Shown: piece after piece, positions 19,212 to 28,281 of the stretch | How the letters are laid out: every line of letters starts with the position of its first letter | Position numbering within the stretch: position 1 is the stretch's first letter | Virus record (IMG/VR): IMGVR_UViG_3300039239_000038 | Span: 1 to 47,058 of that record | Reading direction: 5' to 3' (one strand) | DNA length: 47,058 nucleotides | Source of the DNA: a virus | Lineage: Duplodnaviria > Caudoviricetes | Made by a program: the position numbers and the translations under genes | The notes under the pieces: generated by a model | The model's input: the letters and a program-made list of their open reading frames with translations, nothing else | Told to the model about the DNA's origin: nothing | The model's database searches: none

Positions 19212-20501
19212 TCAGATGAGTCCGAGTGCCCGCGCCAGACGGCGCACAGACTCGGGTGTGCCGCGCTCCCCCAGCCGCCGCAGTTCGCGGGCCAGATCAC
19301 GCTCCAGCTCCGCGACCTTCGCCGCAGATGCCGGAAGTGGTGACGCGTACACGTCGGCGCTGCTGAGCCCGACACCGCGGGGGACGTTCCCGGTCGTTCG
19401 GGCGTACTGGAGCCGGTAGTTCGCGTCGTACAGGCGCCGCTCCGCCGCGGTCATCGTGGCCCTGTTCAATGGGTCGCGCTGACCGGTCGCCGCAGCGTCG
19501 AAACGCGCTGCACGGTTCGTCACGACCGTGCGCCCGCCGATCGTGACTGTCCCCCGTCCCCGGCCGGCCGCGATGATCTGCCGATCGGTGCGGACCCCAG
19601 GAGCCAGCGATACCGCAGTCTGTCCACGGTCGAGGATGTACCCCTCCTGACGCATCAGCCGGATCGCGTTCGTCCGAGTCCCAGCCCGCCGGTAGATGTC
19701 ATCCACCGTCAGCCGGGAAGGCGCCCCGTACCGTCGCGCGCCCACAGCAGTAGCGAGGCCACGCTGCGAGACGTTCACGACACGGTAGATGTCGGCACCG
19801 TCCCGGATGGCTCGCGCTTCGCTGCGACCGAACACCTTCTCCTGCTGCTGCTTCGTCATCGCCTGGAACGTCGCGTACGGGTCTGTGCGCTCATCTCCGA
19901 CGACATTCTCGGCACCAGGCGCATGGAAGCAGTCGCACCGAGGATGCCTCTGGAACCCTTGATTCCAGCGGTACCAGCGGCCCGCGAGGATCACGCACCG
20001 CCGACATGACGGCGGGTTCAGGACCCGCACGTACCCGGTGATGTCTGGGCGTTGGACGATGTCGGCGGCGTACACCTCGCGGCGTGTGTCGGCCATGACC
20101 GTCAGCGACGTCATCGTGAGCCACCGGCGCCCGACCTGCAGCGCGTCTGCAGCTGCCGCGCCCCGGCTGACCGCGACCTTCGTCGTGATGACCGCCTCAT
20201 CGAGCAGCGTGCTCATCGATCGACCGTCCGGAGCCGAGGACAGGAACACGGACGGGTCGAGCACACCGACCGGGTCGTCGAGCTGGTTCGTCTCCGCGAG
20301 CACCGCAGCCGTGTAACCGACCGCCGCGGTTACCGCCTCCTCTCGAGCGTCCTCCAACGTCGACAGGACCCGCGGCTTCACCCGCTTCCACGACTCATCG
20401 AAGTCGTCACCCATCCGCGACCACTGCCGGCCCACGTCCGCCGCGGCTGCGACGGACAGTGCCTGCTGTTCGCGGTACTGGTCAGTTGCCGCTTGCAGCA
20501 C
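19212..20501 (-). CDS. Minor capsid / head morphogenesis (MuF-like) protein
   Basis: SCRRCVILAG...FQRHPRCDC motif after portal. Confidence 0.7.
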   Translation of the reverse strand: MLQAATDQYREQQALSVAAAADVGRQWSRMGDDFDESWKRVKPRVLSTLEDAREEAVTAAVGYTAAVLAETNQLDDPVGVLDPSVFLSSAPDGRSMSTLLDEAVITTKVAVSRGAAAADALQVGRRWLTMTSLTVMADTRREVYAADIVQRPDITGYVRVLNPPSCRRCVILAGRWYRWNQGFQRHPRCDCFHAPGAENVVGDERTDPYATFQAMTKQQQEKVFGRSEARAIRDGADIYRVVNVSQRGLATAVGARRYGAPSRLTVDDIYRRAGTRTNAIRLMRQEGYILDRGQTAVSLAPGVRTDRQIIAAGRGRGTVTIGGRTVVTNRAARFDAAATGQRDPLNRATMTAAERRLYDANYRLQYARTTGNVPRGVGLSSADVYASPLPASAAKVAELERDLARELRRLGERGTPESVRRLARALGLI

Positions 20502-21867
20502 CCTGGACCGGCCTTCCCGCGGCCGCGATCTGCGGGTCCAGGGTCACGTTCTCATCCCAATCCCGCATGCGGCCCTGCACGATGTCCGTGTAGCCAAGGT
20601 CCTTGCGGGCCTGCTCGATCGGAAGGATCGAACGGCCCGTGGTGTCCTTAGTCCCGACGAGCTTCATGATCGCGTCGGCCTTCTGTGCCACAGTCGGTGT
20701 CGACGGGTCACGCCAGATCGTCTCGATCTGCATCGGGCGCGCGTCAGCTTCGCGACCCATGTTCATGAGCACGAGACGCTGCACCTGCTCCCACCGGGTC
20801 GACAGGGTCCGCTGCTTCCGCTCCGCACGCTTCACCAGCTGCGCCTCCGACGCACGGATCGCGTCCGCCGAGGGCGGATTGTCACCCTTGAACAGCAGGT
20901 AGTCCGCAGGGATACCGAGCTGCATCGCGACGATCTGCATCAGCAGCTTGATCGACTCGTGGAAGTTCGACAGCGACGCCTCAGGGAACTGCCCGAACGT
21001 GGCCTTGTCGTTCTCCGTCGACCACATGCGGCCGGCGATCATCGAGTACGTGTTGAGCGCCTGACCGGCCTCGTCGGTGAAGTCTTCCTCCTTGAGCCCC
21101 GTCGCGAAGCGCCGCGGCAGGGCATGAAACTCGGCGGACACCATCATGTCCGAGGCGAGCTTGTTCAGCGCGTCCAGAGGGCTGACGATCGGGTGGAACA
21201 CCGACCGGCCGAGCCGCTGGTCGAACTTCCCCGGCCGGTTACGACCCAGGATCCGCGGGTCGTTCATCAGTGGGACGAGCGAGCACAGGTTGTTCCCGTT
21301 GTCGTCCTCACGGTCATCCTCGACCCACCCACGGCCCTGCTGGAACCGCCAGGTGACCCACCCGTTCTGGTGGTGGAACGTCATCCACCGGGTCTTGTCG
21401 AGGTCCGTCCACCGCTTCACGCCGTGCTTCACACGCTTCGTCTTCGGGTCGTCCTCATGGATCGCGTCGAACGCGGACTCGAGCGTGATCACCGGCACGT
21501 CATCCGCGGCCTCACCCGGCCCCACAGTGGCGTACGCGCGCCCCAGAGCGAGGCTCTCCCGGTGACCCTGCTGCGACAGATCCGGGCCGTCGTTCTCCTG
21601 CCACACGTCCCACAGATCGTCGTCCGCCTCTGCACCGCGGCCGATACGGAACCCCTCAACGTCGAGCCGGTTGTCGTACACGTCGACGGCGAACAGTGCC
21701 AGGTTCAGCACGATCGGCGACAGACGGTAGCCGAGCTCCTGCTGCAACACCGGGGCGAGGAACTTCAACGGCTGCTCACCCTCGAAGTACAGGTCGTTCT
21801 TCTCGAGCATCGGCTTCTGCCGGCTGATCGCGCGGGACAGCCGCAGCGCCTCGTCGAGTTCCGTCAC
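20482..21867 (-). CDS. Portal protein (SPP1 gp6-like)
   Basis: YFEGEQP, NPPSADAIRA, IWRDP motifs; AGGAGAG RBS before GTG. Confidence 0.9.
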   Translation of the reverse strand: MTELDEALRLSRAISRQKPMLEKNDLYFEGEQPLKFLAPVLQQELGYRLSPIVLNLALFAVDVYDNRLDVEGFRIGRGAEADDDLWDVWQENDGPDLSQQGHRESLALGRAYATVGPGEAADDVPVITLESAFDAIHEDDPKTKRVKHGVKRWTDLDKTRWMTFHHQNGWVTWRFQQGRGWVEDDREDDNGNNLCSLVPLMNDPRILGRNRPGKFDQRLGRSVFHPIVSPLDALNKLASDMMVSAEFHALPRRFATGLKEEDFTDEAGQALNTYSMIAGRMWSTENDKATFGQFPEASLSNFHESIKLLMQIVAMQLGIPADYLLFKGDNPPSADAIRASEAQLVKRAERKQRTLSTRWEQVQRLVLMNMGREADARPMQIETIWRDPSTPTVAQKADAIMKLVGTKDTTGRSILPIEQARKDLGYTDIVQGRMRDWDENVTLDPQIAAAGRPVQGAASGN

Positions 21868-21877
21868 GGCAGCTCTC

Positions 21878-22513
21878 CTATCTGCTGCGCCAGACGCGCA
21901 CCTTCGCTCTCGGTTTCGGGGGCGACCAGCCAGCGGCGAGCGAGTCACGCACCGCAGCGTTCGCGAGGATCGAGCACATCGCGAGGTCGATCTTCTGGGT
22001 CTCGTTCGGCTTCCCGAGGATGTACTTCTGACCGGGCTTCGCGACCTTCTTCGCGTTGCCCATGTGCAACTCCGTGGTGGGGCACCCGTCGTTCGTGATG
22101 CGCCCGTTCGCCAGGTCCGCCTCGAACCGGCGGATCTCGTCGTACATGCGACTCACCGAGTTGGTGGGCCACTCGATCACGTGCTCATCACCGTGACGCA
22201 ACGCCCACGTCTCGATGTCGGTATTCCAGTCCTCCGGGTCGCAGTACATCCGCACCACCGTGAACCGGTCGAACAGCTCGTCAACGGCCGCGTCGACATC
22301 GCTGTGAGGGATTCTGTCGCCGTGCTCTCTGGGGTTCCAGAACGACGGTCGGTCGCGGTCGGGACCGACACGAGGTGTGAAAGCGAACCCGGTCATTGTC
22401 TGGGCACGGATTCCGGTCCAGTCGTTGTTGATGCTGCCGTCCAACTAGAACCCGATGCAGATGGCAGTGCCATCCGGCGGGTTCGGCAACCACGGTCGCT
22501 TCGTCGCCTGCAT
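21878..22513 (-). pseudogene. Terminase large subunit nuclease domain, interrupted by in-frame TAG at 22445-22447
   Basis: GAGGAG-ATG(22513) MQATKRPWLPNPPDGTAICIGF*LDGSINNDWT...KIDLAM. Confidence 0.7.
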
Positions 22514-22544
22514 CGGGAACCTCCTCACCTGCCCGCAGGGGCAC

Positions 22545-23603
22545 TCATGCAACTACGCGCCCCAGCGAGGCGTACGCGCCTTCCCAGACCCCTTCGGGTA
22601 GCCATGTGCCCATACCGCGCACCAGCTTGTTCCCGTAGAAGCGTTCCGCCTGCGCCGGGTCCTGCTCGAGCAGCTCCGCAGCCTCCGCCTCGATCGAGTC
22701 GAGGTCGACGTGCGCAGCACCGACGTACACGTATGCGTGGATCTTCCGGCGGTCGCGCTTGTTCTTGTAGCTGAGGTTCTTCGGCGGCTGCCGGTAGAAC
22801 TTGAACAGGTCGGCCGCGCGCGACTCGTACGTCGACCGCGCGGTGGACTCCTCGGCGGGGTCCCACGTGTTCGTCAGCTCGATGCCACGGCCGCCCATGC
22901 CCGACGTGCCGCGGCGCATCGTCTGCGCCGTGCCCATCAGTCCGTTCGACTTCGTGTAGATCCCCGTCTCGTCCTGCACGAACCCGGTGGTCGGGTTACC
23001 AAGGCGGGACGACTCCGCCGAGGTGACCTTCTCGATCACCCCGTCGTCGCCGATGCGCATGAACTTCTCACCGACGCGGACGCGCTCGCTCAACGGGCCG
23101 CGGAGAACCATCTGCTGCAGCGGACGCCAGGTGTTGTTCACCTGGTCCTCGGACGTCGCCATGAGCTGGATCAGCGGCGTCGGCCAGGGCATGCCCATCG
23201 GCTCGCCGGGCTCGTACTCGTAGACGAACCCGCACTGGCATCCGTACCGGGCGCAGTCGTAGACGTCGTCGTCACCCGCCCACCCGGCAAACAGGTCCGG
23301 CCCGAGCGCCATGACCGCGGTCTCGGCCGCAGCCCACGGGCTCTTCCCGTACTTCTGTGGGCCAACTACAAGCGATCGACGGTAGGTGAACGCCTGGTTC
23401 TTGATGGGGTCCTCAGGCCGCCACGGCGTCTCCGGGCGCACGCGGCCGTGGTTCGCGGTGCACCAGAGCTGCCAGTCCGACAGGATAAACGGCTGCCCCT
23501 TCCGGAACCCATCCGGGATCGGCAGGTGCCACGCCATCCAGTCGGCCTGCAGGTACCCCAGCGTCGGCCACGTGACCTCGAACTCAGCGATCTGCTCCGA
23601 CAT
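22545..23603 (-). CDS. Terminase large subunit ATPase domain
   Basis: Walker A GPQKYGKS, Walker B FVQDE. Confidence 0.9.
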   Translation of the reverse strand: MSEQIAEFEVTWPTLGYLQADWMAWHLPIPDGFRKGQPFILSDWQLWCTANHGRVRPETPWRPEDPIKNQAFTYRRSLVVGPQKYGKSPWAAAETAVMALGPDLFAGWAGDDDVYDCARYGCQCGFVYEYEPGEPMGMPWPTPLIQLMATSEDQVNNTWRPLQQMVLRGPLSERVRVGEKFMRIGDDGVIEKVTSAESSRLGNPTTGFVQDETGIYTKSNGLMGTAQTMRRGTSGMGGRGIELTNTWDPAEESTARSTYESRAADLFKFYRQPPKNLSYKNKRDRRKIHAYVYVGAAHVDLDSIEAEAAELLEQDPAQAERFYGNKLVRGMGTWLPEGVWEGAYASLGRVVA

Positions 23604-24069
23604 CTGGCAACGCCCTCAGCCTTCCTCGCGACGACGGCACCTGCCGCTTCGCAGCAGCCGGAGTCGACGCGGCCACCGTCGGCGACGGCGTCGGATTCAC
23701 CGAGATGCGATACCCAGCGCTGATCAGTGCGGTGTTCGTAATCAGCAGCGCGTTCTGCTGCTGCAGCAAGAGCGTGCGCCGCGCCGCGGTCACACCGATC
23801 TCCTCGGCCTCGCAGAACGTGCGCACGTACATGGCGACCTCATCCGCGGCGCCCTGCTCATCCCAGAGAATCGCCTGCGGCCGTTTCCACAGCCGGCGCC
23901 ACACGACCATCTCCCGAGCGGTGGCCTTCGTCAGCGGCCAAGCCGGCGCAGCGCCAGAGCGCGTTTTCGGGAGCGTTCGGATTGCGCCGCCTTCGATGCG
24001 GAGCGCCTCAGCGAGCGAACCCGGATCCGGCGCACGCCCGCCGCCCGGCCGTTTCCCACCACGGGGCAT
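23584..24069 (-). CDS. Terminase small subunit
   Basis: MPRGGKRPG start, WRRLWKRPQAILW motif; AGGAGG RBS. Confidence 0.8.
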   Translation of the reverse strand: MPRGGKRPGGGRAPDPGSLAEALRIEGGAIRTLPKTRSGAAPAWPLTKATAREMVVWRRLWKRPQAILWDEQGAADEVAMYVRTFCEAEEIGVTAARRTLLLQQQNALLITNTALISAGYRISVNPTPSPTVAASTPAAAKRQVPSSRGRLRALPDVGADR

Positions 24070-24078
24070 GGCGACCTC

Positions 24079-24750
24079 CTAGGCGATGAGACTCAGTGGC
24101 CGAGCGATCTCGAGCGAATCGCTCTTCCGGATGTTGCAGAGCAGATGAGCGAGCTGCGCATTCTCACGACTGTGTGCCCCGCCGTGTGCAACCGGAGCAA
24201 CATGGTCGAGGCTCGGGCTCATCGGGTCGGGCCATGCGCAGTCAGGATCGACGTCACCTTCGCAGATTCCGCAGACCCATCCGTCACGCTCGAACACCTC
24301 GAAGTAGTCGAACGACTCGGCGTCCTCGGCACCTCGAGTCAGCGCGTACCGCTTCTTCCAGTTCGCCCGGCGGCGAGCATCCCATGGCGGGTTCGCCTGG
24401 CGACCATCAGCCCGAGACACACGGTTGTAGTGCATCTTCCCGTGACGCTCAGAGCAACACCGCTCCATGTCGCGGCGCGGCAGGAAATCCACATCGCATC
24501 CTTCGAGCGCGCACACCCTCGCTGGCAACAGTGTAGGCAGGACGTCACCGCGAGCGACTGCGCCGCACCGGCCGCTGCAGTAGCGACGGTTCCGCGCAGC
24601 CCCTGTGATGTCCAAGCCGCACCCACCACAAGCTCGAATCGGAGTCTCGCACTCAACACAGAGGCGTCGCCGAGGCCCGCCGTTGTACGGCGCGAGGTGA
24701 CCGCATCGAGCTAGGCGAGGCGGTCCTGGACGAGCTCCTCCACGAGGCAT
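24079..24750 (-). CDS. HNH endonuclease with Zn-finger repeats
   Basis: ERDGWVCGIC...SLDHV...GGAH...NAQLAHLLCN. Confidence 0.85.
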   Translation of the reverse strand: MPRGGARPGPPRLARCGHLAPYNGGPRRRLCVECETPIRACGGCGLDITGAARNRRYCSGRCGAVARGDVLPTLLPARVCALEGCDVDFLPRRDMERCCSERHGKMHYNRVSRADGRQANPPWDARRRANWKKRYALTRGAEDAESFDYFEVFERDGWVCGICEGDVDPDCAWPDPMSPSLDHVAPVAHGGAHSRENAQLAHLLCNIRKSDSLEIARPLSLIA

Positions 24751-24800
24751 TTCAGCGGCCCCCTCAAAAATCTTCGGTTCCGGTTCGCTAAACAGCGCCC

Positions 24801-24809
24801 TCCCCGGCG
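24801..24809 (-). other. Candidate cos (3' cohesive end) CGCCGGGGA
   Basis: Intergenic, between packaging HNH and terminase genes; resembles actinophage 3' overhangs from memory. Confidence 0.35.
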
Positions 24810-24908
24810 GTCCTGGTTGGGAGGGGCCTTGGGGGGCTTCCCCCCACCCTTTGAGGGCTGCCCGTGGGTCGGGTCGGGGGTGGTCTTGGGGAGCGCTGTG
24901 CGGCTGTC

Positions 24909-25151
24909 TCAGGGTGTGGGAGGTGTGGTGAGCGCTATGTGGTCTTCGAGGGTCTGAACGCGCTGTGTCCACTGTGTGTGGCCTTGGTGGAGGCCGGGGA
25001 GTCGGGTGGTGAGGTCTTGGCCGCGTTCGGTGTGGGTGCGTTCGTGTTCGCTCATGTCGGCGTACTCGGTGAGTTGGGCTTCGAACATGGCGACGAGCAT
25101 CTTCGCGGTGACGAGCTGCTTCGCGGGGTCGCGTTCGGGTTGGGCGCTCAC
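24909..25151 (-). CDS. Hypothetical protein
   Basis: GTGA coupling to HNH stop. Confidence 0.55.
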   Translation of the reverse strand: MSAQPERDPAKQLVTAKMLVAMFEAQLTEYADMSEHERTHTERGQDLTTRLPGLHQGHTQWTQRVQTLEDHIALTTPPTP

Positions 25152-25498
25152 GGGTGTGTGCCTCTCTGCTGGTGGGCGGTGCGGCCGCCTTCGCTGCGGT
25201 TGCACCCGGAGTGTTCGGGGCCTCGGTATCCGGTGCGGTCGGGTGTGTGTCCGAGGTCCCATGGTTCGCCGGGGTGGATGAACGGGTCGTCGGGTCGGAG
25301 ACAGTTCGGGTTCGCGCATCGGATCCGGCCGGTTTGCACTTCGATTTCCCAGGCGGCCCGGGTGCGTTCGTGATCGGGCCCGTACCCGCGTTGCTGTCTC
25401 GTGCCGCGCTGGCGTTCACGTTCGCGCTGGTGGGTGGTGCAGCGTGTGCCGGTGGTGAGGTTCGGGCATCCCGGGTGGGCGCAGACCTTCCGGGCCAT
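25148..25498 (-). CDS. HNH-like endonuclease (packaging-associated)
   Basis: CAHPGC...RGY...WDLGH...GPEHSGCN. Confidence 0.75.
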   Translation of the reverse strand: MARKVCAHPGCPNLTTGTRCTTHQRERERQRGTRQQRGYGPDHERTRAAWEIEVQTGRIRCANPNCLRPDDPFIHPGEPWDLGHTPDRTGYRGPEHSGCNRSEGGRTAHQQRGTHP

Positions 25499-25635
25499 CA
25501 ATCGTACGAGCGGACGATCGACGGGAGGTCGTACTCGTCGCGGCAGCAGAACATGAGCGCCTTCTCCGACTCCCATGTGCGTTTGCAGTGGGGGCACTGG
25601 TACAGGCCGAACGCCTCGAGCTCGTCAGGCGTCAT
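25498..25635 (-). CDS. Small Zn-finger-like protein (45 aa)
   Basis: MTPDELEAFGLYQCPHCKRTWESEKALMFCC; TGATG coupling. Confidence 0.55.
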   Translation of the reverse strand: MTPDELEAFGLYQCPHCKRTWESEKALMFCCRDEYDLPSIVRSYD

Positions 25636-25912
25636 CGTCTGCGTCTCCGTCGTTGAGCATGTGCCAGTGTGCGCGTTCCAGGACGACGCTCAGGAACTGC
25701 ACGATGCCGGATGCGTCTGTGGTTGACGTCTGCGGGCCGAGCGCGTACTGCGCTCCCGTGACCAGCGGCAGGACGTCGTCAGTTTCGGACGTCTCGACCC
25801 GGGACGGCCAAGCACACAAGGCGATCAACGGGTGGGTGGTCGGCATCTCCACGGTCTCGGTCAGGTATGTGTGGATGGCGTCGTCGAGCCGCTCGAGCGG
25901 TGTGGTGCTCAT
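25625..25912 (-). CDS. Hypothetical protein
   Basis: GGAGGG RBS, coupled ORF. Confidence 0.6.
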   Translation of the reverse strand: MSTTPLERLDDAIHTYLTETVEMPTTHPLIALCAWPSRVETSETDDVLPLVTGAQYALGPQTSTTDASGIVQFLSVVLERAHWHMLNDGDADDDA

Positions 25913-26091
25913 CAGCCCTCCAGCATGTGGGTGAGGTCGAGAACGGTCGCGCCGGCCGCTTGGAGGGCTGGGGTGTGTTGATGGCCGTGGTGGGCGCAGT
26001 ATGCGAGGGTTCCGCCGCCCGTGAGTTGGACGTGGATGTAGGCGCGGGCGTTGCACTGGTCGCAGGATACGAACACGGCGACGTCAGTCAT
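25912..26091 (-). CDS. Small conserved actinobacterial Zn-binding protein
   Basis: CDQCNARAY...GGTLAYCAHH. Confidence 0.65.
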   Translation of the reverse strand: MTDVAVFVSCDQCNARAYIHVQLTGGGTLAYCAHHGHQHTPALQAAGATVLDLTHMLEG

Positions 26092-26290
26092 CACCGTTCT
26101 CCTCGCTGAGGTAGGCGGACACGATGTCGCAGCACACGCCGATCGCGTGCTCACCGCACACCGGGCAGCGCAGGGGCTGGTTGAGGATGCGCCAGCGTCT
26201 CCCGCAGGAGCAGATGACGTCGCGGCTGTCGCTTCCGGGGGTGTGATCCCAGTGGAGGAGCAGGTGCCAGAGGAGGGTGATGGTGCGCAT
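26084..26290 (-). CDS. Small Cys-rich hypothetical protein
   Basis: GGAG RBS; CSC, CPVC, CC. Confidence 0.5.
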   Translation of the reverse strand: MRTITLLWHLLLHWDHTPGSDSRDVICSCGRRWRILNQPLRCPVCGEHAIGVCCDIVSAYLSEENGDD

Positions 26291-26442
26291 GTTCGACTCC
26301 GTCGTCGAGGTTCGAAAGTTTGCCCCAGGCCGTCGTACGCGCTTCTCGGCCGCTCTCCCGGGATAACCGTCGGGATCACCTGGGGTCTTCTGCGAGGGCT
26401 GCAGCTTCCGCGTCGGGCATTTCCCAAACACGCCTCGCATTG

Positions 26443-26514
26443 CTCCGGGGGCTGGGATCGAACCAGCGCGCTATCGATTAACAGTCGATTGCTCTGCCGC
26501 TGAGCTACCCCGGA
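26443..26514 (-). tRNA. tRNA-Asn (GTT), CCA not encoded
   Basis: Acceptor TCCGGGG/CCCCGGA, D arm GCTC/GAGC, anticodon ATCGA-CTGTTAA-TCGAT, T arm GCTGG-TTCGATC-CCAGC. Confidence 0.92.
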
Positions 26515-27029
26515 AGGGTGTGAGAGGCGCCGACTCTCGACTCGTCGGGTCGGCGCCTCTCGGGGGCCGGTGCAGGTGTCCCTCCGCGATGTCGGCGCGG
26601 TCATGGGGATCCTTGATCGAGTGAGGAACCACACACTCGGTGAACACCGGGGTCAGGGCCCACGGCAGGGAGGAGCGGACGCGGCAGCACACCGTGGCTG
26701 CGGGCGTCATGGTCGGCTCGGACTCCCCGCCGTGGGAGCGGGTAGGGCAGGTTCATCTGCAAGAGGGAAACAGCGAAGCGCCCGGAGCTGATCAGGCATC
26801 CGAGCGCTTCTACGCTGTGAGGGTGCTTTCGGGAGGCATTACTCCCTACCGGCCGTTGGCCCCCGTCGTCATGGACGATTCGCGGTAGGGCTATAGTAGC
26901 GCGCCACATGGGGGTCCGGGAAGTGGTGGCACGACGAAGCCCCCGGGAACCGGATGTCGGTTGCTCACGGAGGCATCGTCGTGTTCCTGTCCTGTTCGAC
27001 AGGTTTCTCTGATCTTGAAGGTAAGGGGA

Positions 27030-27308
27030 TCAAGTACTCTCCCCGGTGGATGCCTGGAAAACACGGCGTGTCGCGTCCTGTGCGGCTTCCTCAGCTCGTT
27101 TCAGTGCCCGGAGGCGGTACTGGTGCGGGGGCCAGTTCTTGAGGCGTTCACGCCACCATTTCATGAGCACCCGCTCGTCCACGACTCGCACGTTCTGCCC
27201 GTTGCGGACCTCCCATCCCATCGGGAGGCCCTGACGTCGCCAGTGCCGGATCGTGTTCATCGACCTGCCCGTCTTCTTGGCCGCTTGCCGGTAGGTGAGT
27301 AGGGGCAT
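27030..27308 (-). CDS. HTH DNA-binding protein (possible late regulator)
   Basis: LTYRQAAKKTGRSMNTIRHWRRQG. Confidence 0.75.
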   Translation of the reverse strand: MPLLTYRQAAKKTGRSMNTIRHWRRQGLPMGWEVRNGQNVRVVDERVLMKWWRERLKNWPPHQYRLRALKRAEEAAQDATRRVFQASTGEST

Positions 27309-27311
27309 CCG

Positions 27312-27563
27312 TCACCCGCCCTGGTCGCGCTGCTGCCGGTTCCGCTCCCGTGTCTCCCGGATGCGCGCCTGGCGGCGGTTCTCGGACTCTTGGAGAGCTC
27401 GCGCTCCTGCTGCTCGCTCGGTGCGCCGGTCGGCCTCCCACCGCATGATCCGGGCGGTCATCAGCTCCCGCTCCCAGATCGGGAGTGACTGGACCTCCTG
27501 CAGCATCTCGTGCACGGGCTCGTCTTCGGTGGCGTGCACCTCGAATACGATGGAGACGGTCAC
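27312..27563 (-). CDS. Hypothetical protein
   Basis: Coupled ORF in early operon. Confidence 0.55.
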   Translation of the reverse strand: MTVSIVFEVHATEDEPVHEMLQEVQSLPIWERELMTARIMRWEADRRTERAAGARALQESENRRQARIRETRERNRQQRDQGG

Positions 27564-27931
27564 GACGTACTCCCAGGCGACGGAACACTCGGTTGGTGAG
27601 CGTCGTGCTCAGGCGTGGTGCAGAACATCCCGCACTCCATGCAAAAGCCCCCGCCATGCTTCCGATCCCAGGGCGTGTCACCGGCGATAGACGCCTCGAT
27701 TCCCTCTTGGTCCCTGTTCTCGCGCTCGGGCTCCTGCACGCCCGATCCGGGAGTCCCCGTGTAGTTCATCCAGAACTGCGTCCAGTGCCTCCACGGCACC
27801 GGCACGTGCCACGCGACCAGAGAAGACAGCAGGTAACGCTCGTGAACGTCTTCGGCGCCGAGGAAGTCGATTACTAGCTGGGCGTAGCGTGGGGCGCGCA
27901 GTGGCGTTTCCTTCGACCACGGCTTGGTCAC
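27560..27931 (-). CDS. Hypothetical protein
   Basis: GTGA coupling; C-terminal CMEC. Confidence 0.55.
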   Translation of the reverse strand: MTKPWSKETPLRAPRYAQLVIDFLGAEDVHERYLLSSLVAWHVPVPWRHWTQFWMNYTGTPGSGVQEPERENRDQEGIEASIAGDTPWDRKHGGGFCMECGMFCTTPEHDAHQPSVPSPGSTS

Positions 27932-28281
27932 GGCGTGCTCCCGTTCAAGATGCGCTCGCGCTCGCGCCAACCCCGCAGGAACGCCTCGACCATCACGTCG
28001 TACTGACGCTCCTCGCCTCCCGCACCCTGCCAGTCCTGAACGGCCTGGTTCTCGCACGGCCAAAGCTCAACGCCTCCCTCGTACTGCGAATTCCATTCGC
28101 TGCACTCCTCGCAGATGATGGCTTTCGACGACGGGCATTTCCCGGAGGGGTGCTCTTCGGCGTCATCGACGCCGTGGTCGCAGTCGCCGTAAATGCAGTC
28201 CATGTTCCACACGTCGGCCTCGACGCGCGTGTGCGTCTCAGGGGCGTCGCTCTCGTACTTTTCTCGCAGCTTCATGCTCAT
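27928..28281 (-). CDS. Hypothetical Cys-rich acidic protein
   Basis: ATGA coupling. Confidence 0.55.
   Translation of the reverse strand: MSMKLREKYESDAPETHTRVEADVWNMDCIYGDCDHGVDDAEEHPSGKCPSSKAIICEECSEWNSQYEGGVELWPCENQAVQDWQGAGGEERQYDVMVEAFLRGWRERERILNGSTP

Noticed and set aside
21878-22513. Genome-wide TAG recoding
   Set aside because: Other genes end normally at TAG (e.g. 7540, 13310, 21878, 24079), no other interrupted genes were noticed, and the only tRNA is Asn.
26471-26909. Protein-coding ORFs in the tRNA-adjacent region
   Set aside because: No convincing RBS, coupling or motifs; one overlaps the tRNA.
26945-26980. Additional TGTCGG as PafBC promoter
   Set aside because: Not followed by a -10-like hexamer at N10 spacing; lies within a hairpin.
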